The position numbers were made by a program, and so were the translations under genes. A DNA stretch of 8,647 nucleotides from Paraspadella gotoi (lineage: Eukaryota; Animalia; Chaetognatha), in NCBI GenBank assembly GCA_051294375.1, contig CM119268.1:4010666-4019312 (forward strand), written 5' to 3'. Shown in pieces: positions 1-8,149 of this stretch (the first letter of the stretch is position 1; each line of letters starts with the position of its first letter). The notes below the pieces were generated by a model. That model saw only the letters and a list, made by a program, of their open reading frames with translations. It was not told where the DNA came from and ran no database searches.

Positions 1-144
1 TGCTGTCTTAAGGCGTTGTGGCGTTTCGCAATGCGGTATTCTTACGTCCCGTTTGTTACGGCATTGCGGCATTGCTGAATTTCCGACGATGCGTCCGTCT
101 TCGATCGAGATTGTGAAAGATTTTGTTAAATGTTTTTTTTTTAT
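1..144 (+). repeat. Direct repeat copy A (short, deletion-rich version of 852-1050); may extend beyond the window start
   Basis: Collinear anchors with copy B: GCGGCATTGCT (66-76 = 942-952), GAAAGATTTTGTTA (115-128 = 1000-1013), also CGGTATT, CGTCCC, CGTCCGT and TTAAATGTTT. Ends at a 25-N gap. Confidence 0.9.
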
Positions 145-169
145 NNNNNNNNNNNNNNNNNNNNNNNNN
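145..169. other. Assembly gap, 25 N
   Basis: Run of N counted directly. Confidence 0.99.
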
Positions 170-374
170 CGGTAACACACGAGAGCAGGAGGACAGAGAC
201 AGAGAGCAGAGGATAGACTTGAGAGAGGATACAAGCGGGTAGCAATACGGGCGGCCTTCCGTTAATGAACCCTTCCCCAGGCCCTGCCCGACTGATTGGG
301 ATTCCACGACGGTTGTGACTTATCATCGGGCCACGTCGGAAGGAGCTGTGTTAATTCTTTGATACGAGATTCGG

Positions 375-428
375 CTCTCTCTCTCTCTCTCTGCTCTCTC
401 ATCCTCTCTCTCTCTCCATCTCTCTTCA

Positions 429-466
<38 letters not shown>

Positions 467-481
467 CCAAATCTCTCTCTC
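375..481 (+). repeat. Interrupted (CT)n microsatellite
   Basis: Near-pure CT repeats with a perfect (CT)13 core at 436-461. Confidence 0.95.
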
Positions 482-851
482 AAAACTCGAGTTTTTATTT
501 CGGCAGAGTCAGTTTTTTATCGAAGTGGCGTATTTCATCTCCTATCATTCGAAACTCCGAAGTCTCATCTACGGCCGGAGGGGAAGTGGCTGAGAGCACC
601 GCGGGGAGGCGCCGTACGCGAAGAAGGGCTGAGAAGAGGGGCGGTATTTATGTTTTATAGAGTGGTATTTATTGCAGCATTTTTTATAAGTCAAGTTGCC
701 TGAGCAAATAAACAACGTGCTATGTGTTCAGGCCGTTTGTGGCGCATTGATCGGCAATTTGCTTGCCCCATTATGACACTTGCGATTTGGAGATTGTTGT
801 GCGATGTGTCACTTGTTGCGTGCTTTTTGTTAATTGTTAAATTACTTTGTA

Positions 852-1050
852 TGCTGTGTCTCTAAGCTGTTGTTGGCATGTTTTCCGCCAATGCCGAGCC
901 GGTATTGCTTAACGTCCCCCGCTTCTGTACCGGGCACATTGGCGGCATTGCTAATTTCGACGACGGCCTCCGTCCGTACTATTGAATCCGAGAGTTGTAG
1001 AAAGATTTTGTTATTTTTAAATTAAATGTTTCTTTTTTTATTTTTTTTAT
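852..1050 (+). repeat. Direct repeat copy B (long, insertion-rich version of 1-144) ending in a T-rich tract
   Basis: Same ordered anchors as 1-144; 199 bp versus 144 bp, with differences almost all extra bases in this copy. Confidence 0.9.
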
Positions 1051-1269
1051 CGTACTTATATTTATATATAATTAATATATATCCAGAATGCTCCAAAAAA
1101 AAGAACGAATTGTAATGTAAGTACTGCTATAGTATAACATGTATGTAAAAGTACTAACCACTACTTTCAGAAAGCCTGATAGTTGATACAGACATTGACA
1201 CAGAGGGATATTCGGTCGCACAGACGCCTAGAGAAGCGAAGTTGACACGAGGATCGAAAATTGTCATTT

Positions 1270-1294
1270 AAAAAATAAAAAATAAATAAATAAA
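1270..1294 (+). repeat. A-rich / (TAAA)n tract
   Basis: AAAAAATAAAAAATAAATAAATAAA read directly. Confidence 0.85.
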
Positions 1295-1450
1295 CGCGGC
1301 CTTAAGCGTCATCGTCAAACGACGCGAATCGAAAAAGAGAAAATCTCGCAAGATGGCCGCCAGAGTCGCCATCGGCGCCCCCCCTCCACATTGACGCGCG
1401 GCTCGTTGCCGTCGGTAATGGGCCGTGTGTCTCGCGGGCCGGAAACGACC
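1295..1450. promoter_or_regulatory. CpG-dense GC-rich patch with a YY1/Pho-like motif (CAAGATGGCCGCC, 1349-1361); function unproven
   Basis: Roughly two dozen CpG in ~155 bp directly after AT-rich sequence; motif resembles the YY1 consensus (CAAGATGGCGGC). No downstream gene is visible. Confidence 0.2.
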
Positions 1451-2959
1451 TTACTTTGGGTGGGGTTGGAGCCCCCCCAAGAAGAGAAGGGAGTAAGATG
1501 AGAAGAGAGCTAACCATTTAAAGCCAGCTTCAGAGCACTGACCAAGCCCATACCAAGTAAAACGCCATCACTAGAGACCGACCCATAACGGAAGAGAGAG
1601 AGGTAAAGCACTCGCCTCGGTCGAGAGACCTGCGCGAGATAGCTTAAATTGATATTAACGCCATGACCGCAATTTAAATGTAATGTGTTCTACTTCTTGG
1701 TCTATAAGTCTGAAATACTTCTTCTAGTGTAGCGTGCAGTTTGTACGGTGAATGTGTGAAATGAAGACAGCAATCATCTGATGAGAGTAGATGGTATTGT
1801 AGAGTATCGATGAGTTCATGTCACGCGTTAAGAAGTATGGAAATTTGTAGGCAGCTACGACAGAGAGAGAGGATCACGGAGCAGCACGATGAGAGTATCG
1901 AGAGAGCACGAGCATGTGGAGAGTATGCGGAGCATGTGTAGCTGAGACCTATAACTTTTTCTCTTCTATACAACAGTCTCTTCTAATTATATTTTATATT
2001 CAGCTATAATGCTTTGCAACTGATCGCTGTGATGTCTCTATACTCGGTTGCTCATTTTGCATCTTCATGGTGCGCGAGTAACACTACAGCATATGCGATA
2101 GGATAACAGAGGGATAGAGTTGGGGTGTAGCGGTGAGGAGTAAGGGGACAGGGGGGTCAGATTTAGCGTACACCCCCCGGGGAGGCCCGGGTAGTAGAAT
2201 AGAGGAGTAAAAAGAGGGAGTGTGGACATGGGTGGCTAGGTAGAGCATTATGGCTCTATCTACAGGGAGGAGCTCGCATAAAACATAGTGTGAGAGCGTG
2301 GGATGCATGCCGTGCGCGTAGATTCTAGGCTGCGTGCGTATATGCTTGTGAGTGCGGTGTGCGTTTTATTCACGTTTTGTTGCTATATTCTGTAGATAGG
2401 GAAGGTAGCTATTTACTGCTCTTGGTCTACCCAGTTCACTACGACGCGGGGGGTAGCGATATAGTTAGTATATTCGTTGGCTCTAAGTTCTGCATGTGGA
2501 GTGCCTTCAGGAGTGAAAAGTGATAAAATAAAAGGAGCGAGAAACGGGCCGCAATTTATCGCCTCCGGAGCATGTAGACAAGCCAGATGAGCGCAAGAAA
2601 ACTGGAGGTAGTAACTAACATCTCCAGACGTCAAGAACCGAAAGCAAGAGTGTTGAGGAAAACTGTCTTGAGAGAGAAGGATCAGCTGCAAAAAGATGAG
2701 ATGCATGAATCAGGCAATAGAGAGAAATTTATAGATGACAGACTATAATATCGAGATGCATCCCCACTAGGGAACATAGCGGAATACTGAAGAAGGTGAG
2801 GAAAATCCGTAAAAAAACATAGGAATACAGTAGAATTAAGAGGAATATATGTAAGGCGGAAAACGTGCTTATTAGAGTTAAATACGAAACAAATTTACCA
2901 GATGAGGAACATGATGCTGTCGATATTTCCAGGTGTGAAGAAAAATATACGAGAGTATA

Positions 2960-3385
2960 TATATAAATAGTGACATAGATAGAGAGGCGAGTAGATATAG
3001 TTTTGTATGAAGTGAGATAGAGGAGATAAAGGGAAAGCAGAGGCGTGAAGAGGGCGTGGATAGTCGTATGTTGACATGAGGAGAATGGGAAGGGCGGAGA
3101 GAGTAGAATGGTAGACATTATAAGAAAAATACAGAGAGTGAGAGAAGGGAGAAAGAATGATAGCGCGAAGAGAGGAGAGCGAGTAATTCATTTAGAGAGA
3201 TTAAAGGGAAGAAGATTTGACGAAAGAGGAAAGAGGAAATAGGATAGAGGAGAGAGCAGGCAGTACGAGTGAATATTAGTTCTATAACACGTAAACAAGA
3301 TACAAATCGAATCAACATTGGTGACGACAAAAGAGAGCACTGAGCGGAGCGAGAGTATGAAAAGTGTAGTTAGTATATCAGAAAC

Positions 3386-3416
<31 letters not shown>

Positions 3417-3570
3417 GTACGAAGAGAGAAGTAGAGAGAGAGAGAAAGAGAGAGAGCAGAATGTAGAGAGTCTATGTATGTATGATGAGAGAGAAGAAAC
3501 GAGATGAGATGATACACACAGAGAGTATGTATAGAGAAGAAGAGAGTAAGGATAAAGAGACGAGAGAAAG
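2960..3570 (+). repeat. Long degenerate purine-rich (AG)n-derived low-complexity region
   Basis: Strong A/G bias on the + strand with a perfect (AG)13 core at 3391-3416; boundaries approximate. Confidence 0.85.
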
Positions 3571-3861
3571 ATTCCAGTTTTCAATAGAAGATCCGTAGGA
3601 AAGGATGCAGTCATTATATGAGTAGAACCGTATGAGCACTAATAAAGGGAAAAAAGTATATGAAAAACGGAGAAAAGCTCTGTCGATGTCAGCTTTGAGT
3701 TTTTAGGCTTTCTCTTTTATTATATGGGGGAGGGATACTTATAAACTAATCGTTTATCAAACTGTAGATGACAGTGTAGAGATAATCTGATAAGACATCA
3801 CAACAGAGAAAAGATTCAGCCCAGCTGGTATCTCAAGTACCACAGAATATTACACGAACGC

Positions 3862-3969
3862 AGAGAAGAGGAGAGAAAGATGAAGAGAGAGAGAGAAGGA
3901 GAGAGAAAGTAGAGATGAACGTAGAGAGAGAGGAGATGTACAGAAGATGACGAGAGAGCAGAGAGAGAG
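3862..3969 (+). repeat. Degenerate (AG)n tract
   Basis: AG repeats with scattered single-base interruptions. Confidence 0.85.
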
Positions 3970-4055
3970 CTTCCTCATCTCTTTTTCTCACCGCACAAAT
4001 TCTCTTACAGATATTTTTTATCTCTGGGGGGTACGCGAGGCGCCGAGGGATGGAT

Positions 4056-4070
4056 GAAAGGAAGAGAGAG

Positions 4071-4104
<34 letters not shown>

Positions 4105-4125
4105 CGAGAGAGGAGAGGGAGGAGG
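4056..4125 (+). repeat. (AG)n microsatellite
   Basis: Perfect (AG)12 at 4063-4086 with degenerate continuation. Confidence 0.95.
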
Positions 4126-4516
4126 TTTCTCCCTCTGTTTTAACGATCAAAATCGGATTTGTTGATCGAAAAACCAAAAAAGCCGGAAGACGCGCAACGT
4201 AAAGTATTTGATCGCTAGCGATAACAAAATTACTCCCACGAAAAACAAGACGAGACGAAGAAACCAAAGAAGATTTAGATTTTCCCGCCCCTTTCTGATG
4301 CTGCCCTGCCCCGTCGGCGCCCCCCTAAAGCCTTACCGCCCTTACTCCCATTAACCTACGACGCTTACGCCCCGCTCATGGCCGAAATCTCTCTCGCCCA
4401 GCAACGAAGAATGGATGAAGTTCTATACATCTATCCGTGATGTATCTCAACGCCAAGAGTATGTTTTCAATCCGGGTTTGGAATGATAAAACAGTAGAAC
4501 CAGTTCAAAAATATTA

Positions 4517-4566
4517 AAAAAAGAGAGAAAGAATGGGGAGGGAGAGAGAGAGAGAAAAAGAGGAGA
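4517..4566 (+). repeat. Purine-rich (AG)n tract
   Basis: Almost exclusively A/G, abutting the left arm of the inverted repeat. Confidence 0.8.
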
Positions 4567-4568
4567 TG

Positions 4569-4776
4569 CCGGTTTTTTTCTTTGTCTTTTTTTTCTTTTC
4601 TTTTTCGTATAATTTTATATTTTTACTTCTATATCATTTTTTCTTCGACTTAATTCTCCCTTCCCATGGGCCTCCAAGGGAGAGAACAACACCGGATTTT
4701 CATTGGGTACGAGGACTAATTAGCCCGGAGGGACTACTTCATCTCTCTCGGCTTTCTTGCAATCTCTCTCTCTATC
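4569..4776 (+). repeat. Left arm of an imperfect inverted repeat (partner 5094-5273)
   Basis: Exact reverse-complement anchors: GACTAATTAGCC 4714-4725 / 5139-5150; GAGGGACT 4728-4735 / 5131-5138; CAATCTCTCTCTCTATC 4760-4776 / 5094-5110; also GCCTCCA and GATTTTC in collinear order. Confidence 0.9.
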
Positions 4777-5020
4777 GTCTCTACCGTCTTTCTCTCTCCT
4801 ATCTCTTCTCTCTCTCTCATCTCTTCTCTCTCTCTCTCATTATCATCTCCTCTCTCTTCTCTCTCTTACCCTCTTCTTCTATCGTCTCTCTCATCTCATC
4901 TCCTCTCTCCTATCTCTCTCTCGATCTCACCGTCTCACCTCCATCTCCGCCTCCATCTCTCATATCTTTCTCTCCGTCCCTTCTCGTCTCAATCCCTCCA
5001 CATCCTTCCCCTGCCCTTTT
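4777..5020 (+). repeat. Degenerate (CT)n tract forming most of the spacer of the inverted repeat
   Basis: Pyrimidine-dominated CT repeats with frequent single A/G insertions. Confidence 0.9.
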
Positions 5021-5050
5021 ACTGACACAGCGTTATTCATACTCAAAGAC

Positions 5051-5075
5051 NNNNNNNNNNNNNNNNNNNNNNNNN
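5051..5075. other. Assembly gap, 25 N
   Basis: Run of N counted directly. Confidence 0.99.
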
Positions 5076-5093
5076 GAGAGAGAAAGAGAGAGA

Positions 5094-5273
5094 GATAGAG
5101 AGAGAGATTGAAAGAAAGCGAGAGAGAAAGAGTCCCTCGGCTAATTAGTCGTATCGAGGAAAATCGGGTTTCCTCCTGGAGGCAGGAAGGAGATAAGAAG
5201 AAAAAAAATGAAGAAGAAAAGTGGAGAAAATANNNNNNNNNNNNNNAAAAAAAAAGAAAAGAAAAAAAAACGG
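5094..5273 (-). repeat. Right arm of the imperfect inverted repeat (partner 4569-4776); contains a 14-N gap
   Basis: Reverse complement aligns collinearly with 4569-4776; this arm is the shorter version. Confidence 0.9.
5233..5246. other. Assembly gap, 14 N
   Basis: Run of N counted directly. Confidence 0.99.
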
Positions 5274-5583
5274 TGTGAAGGAGAGAAGAGAGATGAACAG
5301 CATTTAATTTCGTTATTTCCCTCTATATTTTGAAACGTTGATTTTTCTATTGATTTATATTAATTGAAAGATTTTGTGACCTTTAATAAGAGAATAAGAC
5401 CAGCAACGTCTTTAATATTACTGAATTAATTCTTTCTAGATGTAATAATTTTTTTTAATTTAAATTGTGTTTGAAAAAATAAACGATTACATTTCACGAA
5501 TGAATAAATCACGATGCGTCTCATTCTATCATTTTCCCCTTTTCGTCAAATTTCTATTTTTCTAACGCTCCTTTTCCTCTTAT

Positions 5584-5811
5584 TTCTTTCCTCTTATCTT
5601 TTCTATTTTTTACCTTTCTCCCTTCTTTCCTCTTATCATTTTATACCTTTCCCCCTTCTTTCCTTTTATCTTTTCTATTTTTTACCTTTCTCCCTTCTTT
5701 CCTTTTATATTTTATATTTTTTACCTTTTGCCCTTCTTTCCTCTTATCTTTTCTATTTTTTACCCTCCCCCTTCTTTCCTCTTATCTTTTCTATTTTTTT
5801 ACATTTCTCCC
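5584..5811 (+). repeat. 39-bp pyrimidine-rich minisatellite, six copies (consensus TTCTTTCCTCTTATCTTTTCTATTTTTTACCTTTCTCCC)
   Basis: Units start at 5584, 5623, 5656, 5695, 5734 and 5772 (lengths 39, 33, 39, 39, 38, 40); also visible as the 13-aa repeat SSYLFYFLPFSLL in ORF 5514..5924. Confidence 0.95.
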
Positions 5812-5901
5812 TTCTTCATTTCCGCTTTTCCCTTTTCCTTCCTTTTATCTTTTCCTTTTTCTTCCTTTTTCCTTTCCTCACTTTCGCTTTTCCTTTTCTT
5901 C
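5812..5901 (+). repeat. Polypyrimidine low-complexity tail (CTTTT/CCTTT-like)
   Basis: Almost only C/T, continuing from the minisatellite without a clear period. Confidence 0.8.
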
Positions 5902-6019
5902 CAAGTTCCAACACTTTTCTATGAGTAACTAGTTTCCCTCGCGCATTTGTTTCTTCCAGCTTCGCCCGTTTCTCGTCTTTATTCTCCTTTCCAGACCAAC
6001 TTACCCTTACTCTAATCTA

Positions 6020-6762
6020 NNNNNNNNNNNNNNNNNNNNNNNNNNNNNNNNNNNNNNNNNNNNNNNNNNNNNNNNNNNNNNNNNNNNNNNNNNNNNNNNN
6101 NNNNNNNNNNNNNNNNNNNNNNNNNNNNNNNNNNNNNNNNNNNNNNNNNNNNNNNNNNNNNNNNNNNNNNNNNNNNNNNNNNNNNNNNNNNNNNNNNNNN
6201 NNNNNNNNNNNNNNNNNNNNNNNNNNNNNNNNNNNNNNNNNNNNNNNNNNNNNNNNNNNNNNNNNNNNNNNNNNNNNNNNNNNNNNNNNNNNNNNNNNNN
6301 NNNNNNNNNNNNNNNNNNNNNNNNNNNNNNNNNNNNNNNNNNNNNNNNNNNNNNNNNNNNNNNNNNNNNNNNNNNNNNNNNNNNNNNNNNNNNNNNNNNN
6401 NNNNNNNNNNNNNNNNNNNNNNNNNNNNNNNNNNNNNNNNNNNNNNNNNNNNNNNNNNNNNNNNNNNNNNNNNNNNNNNNNNNNNNNNNNNNNNNNNNNN
6501 NNNNNNNNNNNNNNNNNNNNNNNNNNNNNNNNNNNNNNNNNNNNNNNNNNNNNNNNNNNNNNNNNNNNNNNNNNNNNNNNNNNNNNNNNNNNNNNNNNNN
6601 NNNNNNNNNNNNNNNNNNNNNNNNNNNNNNNNNNNNNNNNNNNNNNNNNNNNNNNNNNNNNNNNNNNNNNNNNNNNNNNNNNNNNNNNNNNNNNNNNNNN
6701 NNNNNNNNNNNNNNNNNNNNNNNNNNNNNNNNNNNNNNNNNNNNNNNNNNNNNNNNNNNNNN
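6020..6762. other. Assembly gap, 743 N
   Basis: Run of N counted directly. Confidence 0.99.
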
Positions 6763-6768
6763 CCATGG

Positions 6769-6893
6769 TTCTCCCCCTCCTCTTCCTCTTCCTCCTCCTT
6801 TTTCCCCAAACCTTATTCCTTATTCTCTCCGTCTCTGTCTCTGTCTCTTTGTCTCTCTCTCTATCTCTCTCCGTGTTTCTTGTTTCCTCTTCC
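6769..6893 (+). repeat. Compound pyrimidine tract: (CCT/CTT)n, (GTCTCT)n and (CT)n
   Basis: CTCCTCTTCCTCTTCCTCCTCC followed by GTCTCTGTCTCTGTCTCT and CT repeats. Confidence 0.85.
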
Positions 6894-7002
6894 AACTTTT
6901 TCGGGTCATCGTCAGATCCTATTCTTTTTTTAGAGTCTTAATCAACTTTTGCATCTGGGCTTTTTTCCTTCCTTTTCCTTCTTTTTTTATTCATGGTTGC
7001 TC

Positions 7003-7420
7003 GAGCAGAGAGAGAGGAGGAGAGGAGAACAGAAGACTGGAGAGGCGAAGAGGAAGAGAGAGAAGAAGGAGAGAGAGAGAGCGGACGCAGAGAGAGAGAG
7101 ACCGAGACGAGAGGAGACCAGAAACAACACACGACGACCCCCGCGACCCGAACGCCGGAGAGAGAAGCAACCGAGGAGACCGACCGAGAGACGAAAGAGT
7201 CGAGAGTAAAAGAGAGCCTCCCCGAGAGACGAGGAGAGAGAGCCAGAGAGCCCAGAGAGAGATGGACAGAGCGAGAGGAGGAGAGAGAACCCCGAGAGTG
7301 AGAAGAGAGAAGAGAGGAGAGTGAGAGAGAGGACGAGACGAGACCGGAGACGAATGCGAGAGGACTGAGAGAGAGATTTCGAGATAGGAGCAGACTGACC
7401 TCGAGAAGATAGAGACGATG
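7003..7420 (+). repeat. Long degenerate (AG)n region with frequent C insertions (GAGAC/GACGA)
   Basis: AG backbone broken by single or multiple extra bases; source of the E/R-rich and S/L-rich ORFs. Confidence 0.85.
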
Positions 7421-7440
7421 AGTAGACGTGAAAACCTTCA

Positions 7441-7646
7441 GAAAAAGAAAAAACAGGTGTTTTTAACCGGGGAAGATCGTAAAATTCCATAAAGTGTAAA
7501 AGGAAACAAAAGAGGTTGCAAGCTGAAAGGAAATAAAGTAAGAAAGAAGGAGGAAGGCAAAGGAGGAGGATGGAGGAGCGGAAAGAACGTGAGGAAGATA
7601 AGAAAGTAACGGGAAAATAAAGGTGAGGAGAAAGGTAAAATAAGGA
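7441..7646 (+). repeat. A/G-rich low-complexity region
   Basis: Runs of GAAA/AAGG/GGA with few pyrimidines. Confidence 0.7.
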
Positions 7647-7692
7647 CCTCGACCACTAAAAAGACTTGGTCCACAATGATACATGTCTTCTG

Positions 7693-7733
7693 CGACGACC
7701 GACGACGACGACGGGACCACCGACGACCACGAC
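7693..7733 (+). repeat. Imperfect (GAC)n microsatellite
   Basis: CGACGACCGACGACGACGACGGGACCACCGACGACCACGAC read directly. Confidence 0.85.
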
Positions 7734-7871
7734 TTACCAGATCCAACTCGCCACTGAATCTCCAATTTTTTTTTGGGTCATTCGTGGCCGAAAGATACGA
7801 GTTCGAGTGCTACCATCTCGCATTTTTGAATAAACCTTTTATTATGTTAAGACCGCGGGTAGGAACGCCAT

Positions 7872-7930
7872 CGACGACCCAAAATAAGCGACGACGATCC
7901 GACAACCACCAACGAACAACAACGAAGACA
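7872..7930 (+). repeat. Degenerate (GAC)n/(AAC)n trinucleotide tract
   Basis: GACGAC grading into GACAACCACCAACGAACAACAACG. Confidence 0.65.
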
Positions 7931-8010
7931 ATGAGAGTAATCCGGATTATCTTGTTATTCTCGGTTCCTGTAAACCCTGTGGTAGCTAGAATGAGAGGAT
8001 GAGATGTTGG

Positions 8011-8114
8011 AAGAGAGAGAGAAGAGGATGAGAGAGAGAGAGAGAGAGAGAGACGAGAAGAGCGAGAGAGAGAGAGAGAGAGAGAGACGATGAGAGAGAG
8101 AGAGAGAGAGAGAG
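8011..8114 (+). repeat. (AG)n microsatellite, lightly interrupted
   Basis: Three long perfect AG runs separated by short interruptions; ends 10 bp before a 25-N gap. Confidence 0.95.
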
Positions 8115-8124
8115 TTAGCAAATG

Positions 8125-8149
8125 NNNNNNNNNNNNNNNNNNNNNNNNN
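8125..8149. other. Assembly gap, 25 N
   Basis: Run of N counted directly. Confidence 0.99.

Noticed and set aside
232-255. GTAGCAATAC resembling the V1 loop of some bacterial 16S rRNAs
   Set aside because: Only ~10 nt match; the conserved flanks (CATGCAAGTCG upstream, GACGGGTGAGTAA downstream) are absent.
262-281. TTAATGAACCCTTCCCCAGG resembling the reverse complement of the 18S rRNA 3' end (TAATGATCCTTCCGCAGG)
   Set aside because: The invariant continuation TTCACCTACGGAAACC is missing; a short imperfect match is compatible with chance.
1758-1786. GAAA...CTGATGAG resembling hammerhead ribozyme core motifs
   Set aside because: A short stem III can be drawn, but there is no room for stem I before CTGATGA and no stem II pairing.
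2111-2156. Four G-runs suggesting a G-quadruplex
   Set aside because: Loops are long (one is 18 nt) and homopolymer lengths are unreliable in this apparently noisy sequence.
3971-4010. Polypyrimidine stretch ending in TTACAG as a splice acceptor
   Set aside because: It is followed within ~50 bp by an (AG)n microsatellite, with no supportable exon or donor.
4741-4776. ATCTCTCTC motifs (also at 471-479) as PacBio SMRTbell adapter remnants
   Set aside because: The diagnostic adapter interior (TTTTCCTCCTCCTCCGTTGTTGTTGTT) is absent; ATCTCTCTC is expected at the edge of CT microsatellites.
5584-5811. Regular ~39-bp periodicity as a CRISPR-like array
   Set aside because: Units are head-to-tail with no unique spacers, are low complexity, and have no cas genes nearby.
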